Below, piece after piece: positions 10,961 through 20,647 of a DNA stretch of 64,000 nt (the first letter of the stretch is position 1; every line of letters starts with the position of its first letter). The stretch is taken from positions 214 through 64,213 of the forward strand of contig JAJZIL010000003.1 of the NCBI GenBank assembly GCA_021810605.1, in the 5' to 3' direction. The DNA is from a bacterium (GTDB taxonomy: Bacteria; Patescibacteriota; Dojkabacteria; JAKAPS01; JAJZLI01). Below the pieces are notes generated by a model. It made no database searches. It was not told the origin of the DNA and saw nothing but the letters and a program-made list of their open reading frames with translations. A program made the translations under genes and the position numbers.

Positions 10961-11557
10961 TTAATTTGAATTTATATTATTAAACCAATCATTACTGGTT
11001 ATAACATTTGCCTGTCTTGGAAATATTTTATTCATAAGTACCAAATGTACTTCTGGATCAGAATCAAAACAAAGATCTGAAAGTATAGTAATTTTAAAAT
11101 CTTTATCAGCAGCTTCTCTTGTGGTTGAAAGTACTACTCCACTTGTAGATATTCCTGATATAACTATATTTTCGAAACCCCCTGCTCTCAAAATCATATC
11201 TAAATCACTACCACTAAAAGCACTAATTCTATGTTTAGTAACTAAAATATCATTATATTGAATATCAAATACAGGGTTAATATTAACCATTGAACTGGAT
11301 GCTCTTTCTTTCATAGTACTAAATATTTTATTAGATGAACTAATTTCAGGAGCTCCTTCACGAAAACTAACTACAACATATATTATTTGAATTTTATTTT
11401 TATGTGCAAAATCTATTGTAGTTTGAACTTTCTTTAAAAATTCATCCTTATTATCAAGATTATCAATTATTCCAGGTTGTAGATCCATCAAAAGTAATGC
11501 AGTTTTTTCTAATTCATTGGTCATAATTTTATTATAACATAAAAAAGTAATTAACAA
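10961..11557 (-). CDS. isochorismatase-family cysteine hydrolase
   Basis: ALLLMDLQ N-terminal motif with catalytic Asp; size and overall pattern match isochorismatase-like hydrolases. Confidence 0.6.
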   Translation of the reverse strand: MLITFLCYNKIMTNELEKTALLLMDLQPGIIDNLDNKDEFLKKVQTTIDFAHKNKIQIIYVVVSFREGAPEISSSNKIFSTMKERASSSMVNINPVFDIQYNDILVTKHRISAFSGSDLDMILRAGGFENIVISGISTSGVVLSTTREAADKDFKITILSDLCFDSDPEVHLVLMNKIFPRQANVITSNDWFNNINSN

Positions 11558-11689
11558 GACTTCATATATTATAGATTTTTATTCTATCTATATAAGATTT
11601 ATGACTAAGCTTTAATTTAAATAAAAAAATAATATATATTGAGATTTTCCTTAAAAGAGTATAATATTTATTAGAAACAATATTAAATT

Positions 11690-11857
11690 ATGAATAAAAA
11701 TTTGATAAATTTAATTTATGTTCTAGCTATGATAACTACAGTAGTTATTATAGATATAATTTTCTTTAGAAATCAATTCTGGGCAAGATTAATATCAAAT
11801 ATTGGTATTATACTTATATATATAGCTTTCTATATAGTATATATTATCAACCATTGA
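11690..11857 (+). CDS. putative small two-TM membrane peptide (55 aa)
   Basis: ORF found by eye: MNKNLINLIYVLAMITTVVIIDIIFFRNQFWARLISNIGIILIYIAFYIVYIINH; two hydrophobic segments; convergent with the ATP-grasp gene. Confidence 0.2.
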   Translation: MNKNLINLIYVLAMITTVVIIDIIFFRNQFWARLISNIGIILIYIAFYIVYIINH

Positions 11858-11868
11858 AAAATATAAAA

Positions 11869-13689
11869 TTATTTATCACCTTTTAGAAAAGATGCAATAT
11901 TCTTTGAGATAGGAAGATTTAATGATTCTTCAATCCAAAGATATTGACCATTTGGATTTAATTCTAAAAAATATATATTACTATTTTTATCTTGTATAAG
12001 ATCAATTGCAGAATAATTAAGATTATAATATTTATTTAATTTTAATAATTCATCTTCAATATCTTTAGATAATTTGTATTTTTCATAAGTTAAACTATTA
12101 TAATCTGTTCTAAAATCTATTCTTGATTTTTCTGAATGTGAAAATATTTTAGCAGCAAATATTTTATCTCCAATAATAGTAACTCTAATATCACAAACTT
12201 TATCTATAAATTCTTGACAAATAACAGGCATATAATTTAAATCAATTTTATCTATATCAACTATATTTGTTAAAGTAGTTTTAAATATCCCATCTTCTAA
12301 TCCTAAACTTTGAGATCTTAATGTTTTCATTACAAACTTATCTTGGAATATTTTTTTTATAATTTCTTTTTTATTAGTAATTACTGTTTTTGGTATATTC
12401 ATTTCTACAACATTTAGTTGATGTATTTTATTTGAAGCTATTCTCATATCTGATTTATTATTCACCCAGCTTCTTATTGGAATATTTAATATAATTCCTT
12501 CTAAAAATTCTATTTTTTCTTTTTTTGCAATATTAGATAAATTTATATTTTTTAAATACTTAGAAGAGGGTGTAATAAATATTGGTTTTCTCCACCAACA
12601 AATATCATATACACGCGAATATCTTTTATCAGTATCAAAAAACTCTCCAGTCATTTCTGAAAGAGTATCAACATACCCATCATTCTCTAAATCATTAACA
12701 CCAAATACATCAACATGATACTTATTTTTATCAATAAAAGTTAATACTTTCTGAACATGTGGATCATCTTGCTCTGATATAATAAGTATCTTTCTTTTTT
12801 TATATTTATATTTATCTGATATAAAAAACTTTTTATCATTAAGGATTCCAATAAAACCTCCAGGATCTATTTGTGAATACAAATCAACTTTATTGTTAAT
12901 ATATTTATAAATTTTATTAGTATTTTCTTTGTTAAATGAATCTTTTAAGGTTACTATTTGTGTACTTGCAAGCATATATACATCATTATCTATCTTATCA
13001 ATTAACTGAGATAATAACTTATTAGCAATATAATTGTACTTTTCTATAGAAGACAAATATGCAAGTTCTGGAATTATTTCAGACAAAAAAGTATCATATG
13101 TAATATTAAAAGGATATGTCAAAAATTCTTTTATTATATCTAATCTCTCATCAGGATCCTTTAAATAATAAAGATTGCAAATTACTTTACTAAATTTATA
13201 ATATGTAAGAAAAGATATTAAATTATCTATTCTACCATTAAATATTTTCTCTATATCTTCATTAGATTTTAACTTTAATAAATCTTTATAAAGTTTATAT
13301 GTTGTAAAATAACTCAAATTATTTTTATCAAAATACATTCTATTAGAAGATGGAATAAATTCATAATGATATAACATTGGTATTTCTTTCAATAATTTTT
13401 CATATTGCAAATTATCTTTATATTTAAACTTGATTTTATAAATATAAATACTATGTTTATATCTAACTCCAGGTCTTGCTGTCTTCATTACGTAATAATA
13501 TTGATTATTTTTAAATGTAAATATTTTTCCTATATCTTTAAAACTATTATCTACACATTTCCTATAAATATATTCAATAACCTCATCAATAAGGGAATTA
13601 CTTTCATTATTATAATAAATAACAAAGATTTCTTTATATATATCAAGATAATATTTTCTTCTTATATGTGGCATAATTAAAAATTTCAA
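11869..13689 (-). CDS. RiPP (graspetide/microviridin-type) ATP-grasp ligase with about 270-aa N-terminal extension
   Basis: The C-terminal ~330 aa are paralogous to the 25374..26390 ORF (shared DICWWRKP, SHSEKSRIDFRTDY, LNYSAIDL, FLELNPNGQYLWIE). A precursor-like peptide gene lies immediately upstream. Confidence 0.6.
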   Translation of the reverse strand: MKFLIMPHIRRKYYLDIYKEIFVIYYNNESNSLIDEVIEYIYRKCVDNSFKDIGKIFTFKNNQYYYVMKTARPGVRYKHSIYIYKIKFKYKDNLQYEKLLKEIPMLYHYEFIPSSNRMYFDKNNLSYFTTYKLYKDLLKLKSNEDIEKIFNGRIDNLISFLTYYKFSKVICNLYYLKDPDERLDIIKEFLTYPFNITYDTFLSEIIPELAYLSSIEKYNYIANKLLSQLIDKIDNDVYMLASTQIVTLKDSFNKENTNKIYKYINNKVDLYSQIDPGGFIGILNDKKFFISDKYKYKKRKILIISEQDDPHVQKVLTFIDKNKYHVDVFGVNDLENDGYVDTLSEMTGEFFDTDKRYSRVYDICWWRKPIFITPSSKYLKNINLSNIAKKEKIEFLEGIILNIPIRSWVNNKSDMRIASNKIHQLNVVEMNIPKTVITNKKEIIKKIFQDKFVMKTLRSQSLGLEDGIFKTTLTNIVDIDKIDLNYMPVICQEFIDKVCDIRVTIIGDKIFAAKIFSHSEKSRIDFRTDYNSLTYEKYKLSKDIEDELLKLNKYYNLNYSAIDLIQDKNSNIYFLELNPNGQYLWIEESLNLPISKNIASFLKGDK

Positions 13690-13723
13690 TTCTAATAAAT
13701 TATGATATTTCTTAGATTAAAGA

Positions 13724-13864
13724 TTAATCATCATTAGTATCATCTGCATCCTGTTTATGTGTAGAATGTGTTTGCCACATTACTATTGAATCATCAAACT
13801 CTTAAATATCATTATCTGTTAACCATTCAATTGGTGTAATTATATCTATTTTTAGAGTTTCCAT
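13724..13864 (-). pseudogene. graspetide-type precursor peptide interrupted by an in-frame TAA
   Basis: Translation METLKIDIITPIEWLTDNDI*EFDDSIVMWQTHSTHKQDADDTNDD*; the stop at codon 21 aligns with CAA (Gln) in the paralogous precursor at 27185..27319. Shared SD/start context ggaggtgatttatattATG. Confidence 0.4.
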
Positions 13865-13927
13865 AATATAAATCACCTCCTTATTTTTTAATTATTCATA
13901 TTATAATTTTTATCAATAAAAAAGACA

Positions 13928-13943
13928 TTGCTATGCATAGCAA
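13928..13943. promoter_or_regulatory. perfect 16-nt palindrome TTGCTATGCATAGCAA, putative operator upstream of precursor 1
   Basis: Lies about 64 bp upstream of the ATG; one of four conserved copies (14887, 20632, 27383) inside a conserved ~40-bp block. Confidence 0.55.
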
Positions 13944-14108
13944 ATTTCTATCTGGCATTAATTTAAAGGAATAATTTAGGTAGATAAATTTTTATTGAAA
14001 ATAGAGTATTTTTTTGAATTTCAGATAATTATTTTATATAGAGTATATAGATTTTGATAATAAAACTATTTTATGAATTTCTTCCTCCACTCATATATTT
14101 TTGTTTCT

Positions 14109-14825
14109 TTATTCTAATAGAATTGTGTTTCTAAAGTCATTATATATTAAGGTTTTTAAATAAACATAATCTTCAACTTTGTATGAGTTTTGATTTATTT
14201 TCATTAGAGATTTCTTTGTCTCTATTGAAATATAATTTTTATCATCAATCCAATTGTCAATAAATTCTTGAGAATTTATTGTATTTATTTCAAAAAAAGA
14301 GATATCTCCCTTATATAAGAGTATATCCTGTAGTATTCTAATTAAATATTTTTTAAATTTTATATTTAATTCATTTTCATTTTTTACAGTAAAATACCAA
14401 TGATCTAGCCTCCAAAAGTATTCTATTATTTGTGTTTTTATAGATTTTTTAATATTGCTATAATCTATAATAGAAAGTTTTCTTTGAAAAATATTATTTC
14501 CTAAAATTATTTTAGAGTTGGCTAAATGTAAAAGGAAAAATTCTCCATGATTTCCATGTTGAAAGTTACTCCATCCTATTAGTTCTAAATCAAACAAACT
14601 ATGTAATGTTATATCGATTCTATTATATTTAGATATTATTTTTTTCAAATTAATTAAATCCTTACTATCATATTTATCAAGAACTAAACAAAAATCATAA
14701 TCACTATAATCCGAATTAATATCTTTATTAAAAGCATTGGAACCATAATATAATAAACATACTATTCTATTCCCAAATAATAAAGAAATTTCTTCACTTA
14801 GCTTATTTTCCAATTTGTAATTCAT
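14109..14825 (-). CDS. nucleotidyltransferase-fold protein (Pol-beta-like NTase)
   Basis: YYGSNAFNKDINSDYSDYD matches the hG[GS]x9-13Dh[DE] NTase motif; preceded by a copy of the conserved operator block. Confidence 0.5.
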   Translation of the reverse strand: MNYKLENKLSEEISLLFGNRIVCLLYYGSNAFNKDINSDYSDYDFCLVLDKYDSKDLINLKKIISKYNRIDITLHSLFDLELIGWSNFQHGNHGEFFLLHLANSKIILGNNIFQRKLSIIDYSNIKKSIKTQIIEYFWRLDHWYFTVKNENELNIKFKKYLIRILQDILLYKGDISFFEINTINSQEFIDNWIDDKNYISIETKKSLMKINQNSYKVEDYVYLKTLIYNDFRNTILLE

Positions 14826-14886
14826 TATTAATATTAAAAATTTATATTTATATAGTATATTCTAATACTTATTAATAATTTTGTCT

Positions 14887-14902
14887 TTACTATGCATAAC
14901 AA
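14887..14902. promoter_or_regulatory. operator-like imperfect palindrome TTACTATGCATAACAA upstream of the NTase gene
   Basis: About 61 bp upstream of the start; the flanking cttattaataattttgtcttt block is near-identical to that upstream of precursor 3. Confidence 0.5.
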
Positions 14903-15004
14903 AACTTTATTTTGTATTAAGTTAAAGAAAGTATTAAGAGGTATAAATTTGCAAATAGTAACTATTATTGTATAATCAAGTATATAATATTATATATTTT
15001 TAAT

Positions 15005-15952
15005 ATGAAAAAACATACTATACTTGGAGCTGGAGGTTCTATAGGTAATTCTCTAACTCACGAATTATTAAAAAATAAACAAGAAGTGAGATTAGTTTCT
15101 AGAAGTGGATATTCTTCTGAAGGAACTACTTCTGTTAAAGCAGATTTAACTTCATTTGAAGATACATATAAAAGTATTAAGGGTTCAGATATTGTATATT
15201 TATGTGTTGGATTACCTTATGATTATAAAATTTGGAAAGATCAATGGCCAAAAATTATGAAAAATACTATTGATGCATGTATTAAAGCTAATACAAAATT
15301 AATATTTTTTGATAATGTTTATATGTATGGAAAAGTAGAGGGAAAAATGACAGAAGAGACTCCATATAATCCTTGTAGTAAAAAAGGTGAGATTAGAGCA
15401 CAGATTGATAGAATGTTAGAAGAGCAAATAGATAAAAAAAATATTAGAGCAATTATAGCTAGGTCAGCTGATCTTTATGGTCCTTATGCTACAAAAACTA
15501 GTATTCCTTATGTTTTAGTTATGAATAGATTACTTAATAAAAAAAGACCTCTATGGATGGTTAATGCTAAAGTTAAACATTCATTCACAAATACACTTGA
15601 TTGCGCTAGAGGACTATATTTATTAGGAAGTTCAGATAATAATTTTAATCAAGTATGGCATCTTCCTACAGTTAATGAGCCTATTAATATGGAAGATTTT
15701 ATTAATATATTGAATAAAGAGTTAAATCTGAATTTTAAACCTTATGTTTTAAATAAGTTTATAATAAAGATGACTGGAATAATAGATAGTACTACTAAAG
15801 AACTATATGAGATGTTATATCAGTTCGATTCAGATTATGAATTTGATTCCTCAAAATTTAATAAACACTTTAATTATACACCAATAAGTTACAAAGAAGG
15901 AATAAAAGAAACTATAGAATTTTTAAATAAAGTTAATAAGAAAGATTTATAA
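15005..15952 (+). CDS. NAD-dependent epimerase/dehydratase family (SDR) protein
   Basis: N-terminal Rossmann motif ILGAGGSIGNSL; about 315 aa. Confidence 0.7.
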   Translation: MKKHTILGAGGSIGNSLTHELLKNKQEVRLVSRSGYSSEGTTSVKADLTSFEDTYKSIKGSDIVYLCVGLPYDYKIWKDQWPKIMKNTIDACIKANTKLIFFDNVYMYGKVEGKMTEETPYNPCSKKGEIRAQIDRMLEEQIDKKNIRAIIARSADLYGPYATKTSIPYVLVMNRLLNKKRPLWMVNAKVKHSFTNTLDCARGLYLLGSSDNNFNQVWHLPTVNEPINMEDFINILNKELNLNFKPYVLNKFIIKMTGIIDSTTKELYEMLYQFDSDYEFDSSKFNKHFNYTPISYKEGIKETIEFLNKVNKKDL

Positions 15953-16266
15953 TGAAAGGAATGCTATTGTATAGAATTAGAGAGATTCTATATTTTTTTG
16001 AATTATTATTATAACAGTCTTAATCTTTATTCAATTTATCTTGATTTTTAGAATTATATACACTTATAGAAGGAATTAATCTAATTATAAACCTTTATTT
16101 TTTTAATATTTAATAATTCGTATATTATTAGAATCTAAAAGAGTATCCCTTTCCTCCTTATGATTAAGTTCTCCATCTAAAATTACAATTCTATAATATA
16201 CATAGAGAATTCCCAGTTTGAACTGATTTAAAATGATAATTCAAATGTATAAATTTAATAATTTAA

Positions 16267-18231
16267 TTAATTTTTATTTAATTCTTTGTATATAAAACTG
16301 AATATCAAAGTATTTTTTTCAATTTGAGAATCTATATCTAAATTCCCCATATGCCCAGTATTTTCTTCTATATAAAGATAAGTTTTACCTAAAGAATAAT
16401 CTTGCATTTTCTTTGCAAATTTAAGAGGTTGAGCTAATCCTACTCTTGTATCATTAGTTGCTCCAGTTATTAATATATCAGGATATTTAATTCCTTTTTT
16501 TATATTTTGATAAGGACTCCAATTTAAAATATATTTTAATTCTTCTTTATTATCTGGATCTCCATACTCGTCTATCAATAAACTCCCACTACCATATTTT
16601 TTATAAATTAAAAAATCAACAATGGGAACTTCTGCAATTACTGCTTTATATAGACTAGGTCTCATAACCATCGCTGTTGAGACAATGAATCCTCCATGAC
16701 TTGTACCATTTATAAATAATTGTTTATTATTAGTATATTTATTATCTATAAGATACTCAGAGATAGAAATAAAATCTTCTATTGGTTTTATTTTATTTTT
16801 TGCTCCTTTCGTCTGATAATACCAATCTCTTCCAAATTCTATTCCTCCTCTAATATTTGCTATTACGTAAATTCCTCCATTATTTATGAATGATAAAGTC
16901 TCAGGACGATAATATGGTAAACTACTAATTCCAAACCCTCCATATCCATATAAAAGTGTTGGAGATGGTTTATCCAATTTATTATTTTTGTTATAAACAA
17001 TTGTTAATGGAATTTTTGTACCATCCTTAGACTTTACTAATTTATATTCTAATTTATAATTTTCAGAGGAAAATTCTTTTTTTACCTTACTTTGATATAT
17101 TTTTTCTAATTTATCTTTATCAAAAATATATTTATATATTGTATGTGGAAAAGTAATAGACTGAAAATATATATATGCATCATTATTATCTTTATCTGGA
17201 TTTAAAAACGCTATACCTTTAATATCAAAATTAATATCTCTTATGAAATTACCTTCATAATCATAGATCTTTATAAAATGTGATACATCTTTCAAATAGA
17301 GACAATATATATAATCTTTAGTGAATATATAGTCATATAATAAATAGTGTTTCGGTTTAATAAGAACTTTGCCTTCTAAATCTTTTTCTATATCTTTCAT
17401 ATCAATTTTGATTATCTCTCCAAATTCATTTTTTTTATCAGTATAAATTAACAACTTATCATTAATTATGTCCACATACATATTATAGTTTTTATATCTG
17501 TGTACTTTTAATATTTTTCTAGATATATTATCTTTTATTATAAGAAAATTTCCTTTTTTATAATCATTATTTATAATTATAGAATATTTTGAATTATCAT
17601 ATAAAGACATTTCCACAAAGGGCTCATTATCAAATTCACTTTCATTATCATTTAAAAACTTTTTATCTTTAGATTGAGCATCTCCTATTTCGTGATAATA
17701 GATTTCATACTTATATGAACTATAATCTCTAATATCACCCTCTGTATATATTTTTTTGATATAATAAAATCCTTTATCTTTATCCCAACATAGAAATGCA
17801 TAAATATTATCTATGCTATCTTTTACTTTTTCTCCATTACTATTAATTAAATGATAATAATATATTTCCAATCCTTGTTTTTCAGTTAGAAATGCAACTA
17901 ATTCCCCCGATTCTGAGGGTTTATATGTATAGAGCTCTTCATCATTAAATAAATTAAAATCAATAATCATTTTGGGATTATTCTCTTTATATTGAGAATA
18001 TAATTTTGAATATCTATCTTTATACGAATACTCCCCCCAATATTTATACTTACCTATAACTAAAGGAGTTGTTCTCCAAGAAACAAGTAAAGCTCTACTA
18101 ATATCTTTTTTAATTAATTCATAGTTTTTATCTTTTAAATATAATGAAGTTTTTTTATTTTCAGCTCTATAAAAATCAATAACACTTTTATTATTAATTT
18201 TTTCTAGATATTTATATTTGTCTTTATACAT
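16267..18231 (-). CDS. S9 family prolyl oligopeptidase (beta-propeller plus alpha/beta hydrolase)
   Basis: C-terminal catalytic domain with nucleophile elbow GTSHGG (GxSxGG) and downstream Asp/His region; about 400-aa N-terminal propeller-like region; located in the TOMM cluster. Confidence 0.7.
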   Translation of the reverse strand: MYKDKYKYLEKINNKSVIDFYRAENKKTSLYLKDKNYELIKKDISRALLVSWRTTPLVIGKYKYWGEYSYKDRYSKLYSQYKENNPKMIIDFNLFNDEELYTYKPSESGELVAFLTEKQGLEIYYYHLINSNGEKVKDSIDNIYAFLCWDKDKGFYYIKKIYTEGDIRDYSSYKYEIYYHEIGDAQSKDKKFLNDNESEFDNEPFVEMSLYDNSKYSIIINNDYKKGNFLIIKDNISRKILKVHRYKNYNMYVDIINDKLLIYTDKKNEFGEIIKIDMKDIEKDLEGKVLIKPKHYLLYDYIFTKDYIYCLYLKDVSHFIKIYDYEGNFIRDINFDIKGIAFLNPDKDNNDAYIYFQSITFPHTIYKYIFDKDKLEKIYQSKVKKEFSSENYKLEYKLVKSKDGTKIPLTIVYNKNNKLDKPSPTLLYGYGGFGISSLPYYRPETLSFINNGGIYVIANIRGGIEFGRDWYYQTKGAKNKIKPIEDFISISEYLIDNKYTNNKQLFINGTSHGGFIVSTAMVMRPSLYKAVIAEVPIVDFLIYKKYGSGSLLIDEYGDPDNKEELKYILNWSPYQNIKKGIKYPDILITGATNDTRVGLAQPLKFAKKMQDYSLGKTYLYIEENTGHMGNLDIDSQIEKNTLIFSFIYKELNKN

Positions 18232-18247
18232 ATATTTTTATTATATA

Positions 18248-18994
18248 CTAAGATATAACTATCGGATACACTATTAACTCTTCATTATTATGGATATCTA
18301 AGATTCCTAACAGTTTTTTATTATCAAATAAACCGAGTGGCCTACATTTCAATCCTATTGATTCAGATAATAGATAAATATTCTGTCCTATATGTCCAGC
18401 CTCAATATGTGAAAATGTATATGCCCTTTCTCCATATTTTACGGAAGACCTATTTATAATCGATGTTATTATTATAACTCCACTACATTTTACAGAAAAA
18501 TCTTGTTTAAATACTGAATATACTTCTTTTTTGTTAATTTCCCACATATATTCTAATGCATTCAATTTAACATTGTAATGATATAGTCCTTTTTTTAAAG
18601 TCTCTGTCTTAAAGATTATAATATATAATTCTAATGGATATCTTGATCCTCCTGATGGATATGCTCTTCTTGAATCATATTTTATATCTTTTCCTACATT
18701 TATTATTGCAGAAGATAAAAATATATTAGATAATATATCTTTTGTTAAATTATGAATATGATCTTTTTTAATTTGATAACTTTTTCTTTTTAGTATTGTA
18801 TCTATAAGGGAAGATTCATTATTATTTAGTATACTTTTATCTAAATATAATTTAGGAAATCTAGGATAACTTTTAAAATATATTCTCTTCCATGATTCTG
18901 GCCACTTAGATACAGGAGTACCTTTTTTTTTAGGTTTTATACTTCTAATTTTTTTATTTAATTTAAAAAAATAAAATTTGTCTTTTATGCTCAT
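18248..18994 (-). CDS. SagB-type dehydrogenase (nitroreductase superfamily) of TOMM clusters
   Basis: YPSGGSRYPLELY resembles the conserved P-S-x-G-x-x-YP motif of SagB/McbC-type FMN dehydrogenases; 3-bp spacing to YcaO. Confidence 0.55.
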   Translation of the reverse strand: MSIKDKFYFFKLNKKIRSIKPKKKGTPVSKWPESWKRIYFKSYPRFPKLYLDKSILNNNESSLIDTILKRKSYQIKKDHIHNLTKDILSNIFLSSAIINVGKDIKYDSRRAYPSGGSRYPLELYIIIFKTETLKKGLYHYNVKLNALEYMWEINKKEVYSVFKQDFSVKCSGVIIITSIINRSSVKYGERAYTFSHIEAGHIGQNIYLLSESIGLKCRPLGLFDNKKLLGILDIHNNEELIVYPIVIS

Positions 18995-18996
18995 AA

Positions 18997-20277
18997 TTAT
19001 AAAAAGAAATGAGGTATTTGATTCAATTCATTTTCTTTTAATGGATTCTTATAATAACCTAATCTTACTGGAATATCATATATTCTATTTCCGCCTAAAC
19101 ATTTATATGTTTCATCTAAATATAATGGATGTAAAGTGGGAATTATAACTTTAACAATTTCAAATTCATTATATTTTTTAAATTCTTTCTTTTTAATATT
19201 AATATAATAAATTTCATGATTTTTAGATTTTAGAATATTACTGACAAAAGATAAATCTTTTTCTATATTCTTTTGTGAAAGATTCTTTATTTTATTAAAT
19301 TTTATTTTCCTTTTATTCTTTATCCATGGAGTAATATATTGTAATTTATCATTATCTAACCAGTATAATTCTCGTTGCTGTATAGTATGTATATTATTAT
19401 ATTTAATACTTGTTTTATCTTTATCAAGTAATACATTTCTACTAAAATTTATTCCCATATATGATTCTTCAATAGATCCTATTGCAACTTTTAGTGGATT
19501 CAGTCCAGTTTTCATTCCTGCAGAAAATGGTATACCTAATCGTGTTTTATCTACTATCAATGTAAGGATTGTATATATTCCAAGATCTGTCGAAAGATTA
19601 ATAAGATATAGATCAAGATTATATTGTCTAAAATATTTTTTTATTTTCATTAATCTTTTATTCATTGTATAATCAATTAATTCTCCATATGTTTTTGCTA
19701 AATAATGGATCATAAACGCATCTCTTTCTATTACTTCAAAAGTTCCCCTTAATATAGCATCATTTAAAGTTTTACCTCCTGCTCCACCAGTAGATATAGA
19801 TTGCTGAATAATTTTTTCCCTTTTATTAGAGTTAAGAAACACTAATTGTGATGGAATTAATATCATATTTTTTGTATTAAATTCTATACATTTTACCCAA
19901 TAGAATTTATTATCATTATTGATTTTCAATTCTTTAGAATTATTATCAATCTGATGTTTTGAAAAATAAAAACTATTATTAATGCTTATATGTTTAATTT
20001 CTTTTTGATTTAATTCTTTAATAGAAGATTGTATAAACTTTTGACTTTCTTTTCTATCAGAAAAAAGGCATATTCTTTCAATTGATTCAAAAATAGCCTT
20101 CTCTTTAGCAATGTCTTTATTTTTAATTGATATTCCTGTTCCATAATCTAAGATTTTATTTAATTTCAATTCAGCTGTATACTTCTCAAAAAAGGGTAGA
20201 TCAGAAAAACCTAATTTTTCATTTAGATTAATTTTATACTCATCTACTAATTTTTTAACAATTTTTGAATTACTCAT
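18997..20277 (-). CDS. YcaO-domain cyclodehydratase (standalone, no E1-like N-terminal domain)
   Basis: Contains the YcaO motif GTGISIKNKDIAKEKAIFESIERI near the N-terminus. Confidence 0.65.
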   Translation of the reverse strand: MSNSKIVKKLVDEYKINLNEKLGFSDLPFFEKYTAELKLNKILDYGTGISIKNKDIAKEKAIFESIERICLFSDRKESQKFIQSSIKELNQKEIKHISINNSFYFSKHQIDNNSKELKINNDNKFYWVKCIEFNTKNMILIPSQLVFLNSNKREKIIQQSISTGGAGGKTLNDAILRGTFEVIERDAFMIHYLAKTYGELIDYTMNKRLMKIKKYFRQYNLDLYLINLSTDLGIYTILTLIVDKTRLGIPFSAGMKTGLNPLKVAIGSIEESYMGINFSRNVLLDKDKTSIKYNNIHTIQQRELYWLDNDKLQYITPWIKNKRKIKFNKIKNLSQKNIEKDLSFVSNILKSKNHEIYYINIKKKEFKKYNEFEIVKVIIPTLHPLYLDETYKCLGGNRIYDIPVRLGYYKNPLKENELNQIPHFFL

Positions 20278-20408
20278 TATAATTTGTTAGTTTAGGTTAG
20301 ATTAGAATTACATATATAAAATAGCAAATAATACACTCTAGGAAGACTAATTTATAATAAAATTACATCTCCCTAAAATCCGCTAGACAAGAAAATAGTG
20401 TTAGATTA

Positions 20409-20570
20409 TTAACATCTATGCCCATTTCCACAAGAGCAATTATTACATTGACACCTATTTCCATCTCCACAAGTTGAAGAGGATACGGTATCTAATGATT
20501 CTTCTACTTCTATTAAAGCATCTTCTATATCCTCCATACTTAATTCTTTTTCAATCGTTAATATTTCCAT
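20409..20570 (-). CDS. TOMM-type precursor peptide, 53 aa with Cys/Ser-rich core
   Basis: Hand translation MEILTIEKELSMEDIEDALIEVEESLDTVSSSTCGDGNRCQCNNCSCGNGHRC*. Acidic leader followed by a Cys/Ser/Thr/Gly/Asn core; SD AAGGAAGTG 7 nt upstream; TAA stop at 20409-20411; operator palindrome upstream. Confidence 0.6.
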   Translation of the reverse strand: MEILTIEKELSMEDIEDALIEVEESLDTVSSSTCGDGNRCQCNNCSCGNGHRC

Positions 20571-20631
20571 AATATAATCACTTCCTTATTTCTTAATTAA
20601 ACTTATTATAATACTTATTAAAAAAATAACA

Positions 20632-20647
20632 TTGCCATGCATGGCAA
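20632..20647. promoter_or_regulatory. perfect 16-nt palindrome TTGCCATGCATGGCAA, putative operator upstream of the TOMM precursor
   Basis: About 62 bp upstream of the precursor ATG; same family as the copies at 13928, 14887 and 27383. Confidence 0.55.

Noticed and set aside
13405-13680. 91-aa plus-strand ORF
   Set aside because: It lies antisense within the 606-aa ATP-grasp ligase gene and is hydrophobic low-complexity.
13724-13864. Possibility that TAA (and TAG at 29331) are sense codons under an alternative genetic code
   Set aside because: Dozens of long ORFs terminate cleanly at TAA, TAG and TGA and Trp is encoded by TGG. The stop aligns with a CAA in the paralog, so a point mutation or sequencing error is the simpler explanation.
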